64,000 bases of DNA, from contig CAZEPI010000011.1 of the NCBI GenBank assembly GCA_964514115.1, forward strand, positions 7,443-71,442, in the 5' to 3' direction. The translations under genes were made by a program, and so were the position numbers. Of this stretch, positions 62,691-64,000 are shown in pieces. This DNA comes from an uncultured Pirellulales bacterium (GTDB lineage: Bacteria; Planctomycetota; Phycisphaerae; Sedimentisphaerales; Anaerobacaceae). The notes beneath the pieces were generated by a model. That model ran no database searches. It was not told where the DNA came from and saw only the letters and a list, made by a program, of their open reading frames with translations. The first letter of the stretch is position 1, and each line of letters starts with the position of its first letter.

Positions 62691-64000
62691 TCAATCGCAC
62701 TCCGCATCGCAATCGGAGTCTTCGCAGTCGGTATCGCCATCGTGGTCGTTGTCCACACCGTCGTCACAGCAGCCCTCCTCAGTGGATGGGCATGAAACCA
62801 CGGATGCACACTCGTCAAATGCCTCGTTGATGGCCGTCACGGCATCGTTGATTTCGTCAAGACTGTATGGGCTGATGTCCATGCCCGCCAGCGCATCGTT
62901 CGCTAAGTCAAGCAGGTCCGCGACCGTCATATCGCCAATCGGTGACTCATACGGCACGCGGCAAGCGTCCGGGTCATCATAGGGCACAACGCAAATCCAG
63001 CCATCCTCTGGAATAGGGAAATCGCCCAGAGGCGAGTCTGTTACATCGTTGCTCAGGCAGGGTAAATCGCCTAACCTCACGTTGAGGGTCAGAGCAACCA
63101 CCTGGCCGATCAGCACGTTGTTAAACCGTGATTCCTTCTTGCTGAATTCTTGTAGGATGCTCTCGGGAATGTCCGCACAATTGAAATTGCCCGCAGGCAG
63201 TCCATTAGGTTCGCCGCCTGCCGGCAGCAGGTCAATGATGCAGTCAGAGCTGGCAAGCGTTATCGAATGCCCGTCACGACCGACGACTACCGGGTCGGCA
63301 CCGTCATCGATGAGCTCGTCAATGAGGTCGGCCGTCTTCTCCCCGCATGCCCTGCCGCCGGCATTGCCATAGAAGCCCTGCGTGAAGCTGCAGTAGGTAT
63401 CACCGGGAGCTTCCACCGTGACTTCTTCGAGGCCACAGCCGCTACTGCACGGGTCGTTGTTGGCGTCTCCGCTGTAGTCTGCCGTCCAGCTATAAATACC
63501 GGCAGCCACGGCGGTGTAGCCACCACTGGTGCCGTAGGCGCCGTTTCCATTGACAGTTACAGTATCCGTCCAGATTACGGCGCCTTCGCAACTGGTGTCA
63601 TCCGGCCCATAGAGGTTGAACGTGATGCTGCCAGTCGGGTTGTAGCCGCCGGAGAGGGTAGCTGAGTCGTTCAGCGTACTACCGACAGGAGCTATGCACG
63701 GGTCGGGAGCAGTTTCGATACTGGGGGTCACCGGCCCTACCGTGACCTCTTCGAGGCCGCAGCCGCTACTGCACGGGTCGTTGTTGGCGTCTCCGCTGTA
63801 GTCTGCCGTCCAGCTATAAATACCGGCAGCCACGGCGGTGTAGCCACCACTGGTGCCGTAGGCGCCGTTTCCATTGACAGTTACAGTATCCGTCCAGATT
63901 ACGGCGCCTTCGCAACTGGTGTCATCCGGCCCATAGAGGTTGAACGTGATGCTGCCAGTCGGGTTGTAGCCGCCGGAGAGGGTAGCTGAGTCGTTCAGCG
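62691..64000 (-). CDS. repetitive secreted/surface protein (5' end beyond the window) with Ig-like 108-aa repeats and Cys/Asp-rich C-terminus
   Basis: The frame stays open to base 64000. The track's start at 63833 is only the first in-frame GTG. The repeat unit contains ...GSITFNLYGPDDTSCEG...GIYSWTADYSGDANNDPCSSGCGLEEVTV. The C-terminus is CCDDGVDNDHDGDTDCEDSDCDAECD. Confidence 0.75.
   Translation of the reverse strand, partial: LNDSATLSGGYNPTGSITFNLYGPDDTSCEGAVIWTDTVTVNGNGAYGTSGGYTAVAAGIYSWTADYSGDANNDPCSSGCGLEEVTVGPVTPSIETAPDPCIAPVGSTLNDSATLSGGYNPTGSITFNLYGPDDTSCEGAVIWTDTVTVNGNGAYGTSGGYTAVAAGIYSWTADYSGDANNDPCSSGCGLEEVTVEAPGDTYCSFTQGFYGNAGGRACGEKTADLIDELIDDGADPVVVGRDGHSITLASSDCIIDLLPAGGEPNGLPAGNFNCADIPESILQEFSKKESRFNNVLIGQVVALTLNVRLGDLPCLSNDVTDSPLGDFPIPEDGWICVVPYDDPDACRVPYESPIGDMTVADLLDLANDALAGMDISPYSLDEINDAVTAINEAFDECASVVSCPSTEEGCCDDGVDNDHDGDTDCEDSDCDAECD
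63418..64000 (-). repeat. 324-bp in-frame tandem repeat, at least 1.8 copies within the window
   Basis: 63436-63676 and 63760-64000 are identical over all 241 nt that can be compared. I checked this line by line. Confidence 0.9.

Noticed and set aside
63418-64000. The regularly spaced identical repeats as a CRISPR array.
   Set aside because: The period is 324 bp, in frame and coding, with the units directly adjacent rather than separated by unique spacers. It is a protein tandem repeat, and no cas genes are nearby.

Overview
This is a gene-dense 64-kb chromosomal segment. Gene content suggests a PVC-superphylum bacterium (Planctomycetota/Phycisphaerae-like): many Tat-signal Gfo/Idh/MocA and xylose-isomerase-fold proteins, a PmoA/DUF6807-type protein, and dockerin-like tails. 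That taxonomic guess is unverified. Every call is a by-eye reading of the supplied ORF translations and the nucleotide text; no database search or computation was possible. Layout: (1) 1-4.3 kb holds orphan genes and one intact-looking two-ORF IS5-like insertion sequence. (2) tmRNA (ssrA) lies at 5673-6021, followed by a short array of att-like duplicates of its own 3' end. (3) DUF72, DUF362 and a tandem-duplicated SMP-30/gluconolactonase gene follow. (4) At about 11.6-14.65 kb there is an AT-rich cassette inside a minus-strand gene string (10.2-15.7 kb). It encodes two paralogous secreted zinc phospholipase-C/P1-nuclease-fold proteins interleaved with three small polytopic membrane proteins. 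(5) fhs-folD. (6) A GH5-like enzyme, a DUF2961/GH172-like protein and a URO-D-like protein. (7) A GldG-type ABC-2 operon. (8) A long minus-strand sugar/glycan locus at 29.5-41.4 kb: GH2, SSS symporter, CE4 deacetylase, a beta-propeller GH, a Hyi-like TIM barrel, a DegT aminotransferase, a 1137-aa unknown protein and an XRE-cupin regulator. (9) An exported oxidoreductase / TIM-barrel / PmoA-family cluster at 41.7-48.1 kb. (10) MarC, an SGNH hydrolase with an in-frame TAG, and orphan membrane genes. (11) A housekeeping string dnaE-(two AT-rich orphans)-tmk-holB-PSP1-metG. (12) sppA, an Isf-like flavoprotein, and a repetitive surface protein that runs off the window. I saw no rRNA, tRNA, CRISPR array, cas gene, integrase or recognisable defence gene. 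The best candidate for something undescribed is the AT-rich PLC/P1-like plus small-membrane-protein cassette, which shows an apparent catalytic-head exchange junction. It remains a hypothesis. Secondary points of interest are the tmRNA att scars with a distant inverted copy, and a promoter-carrying direct repeat that flanks the GH2 gene.
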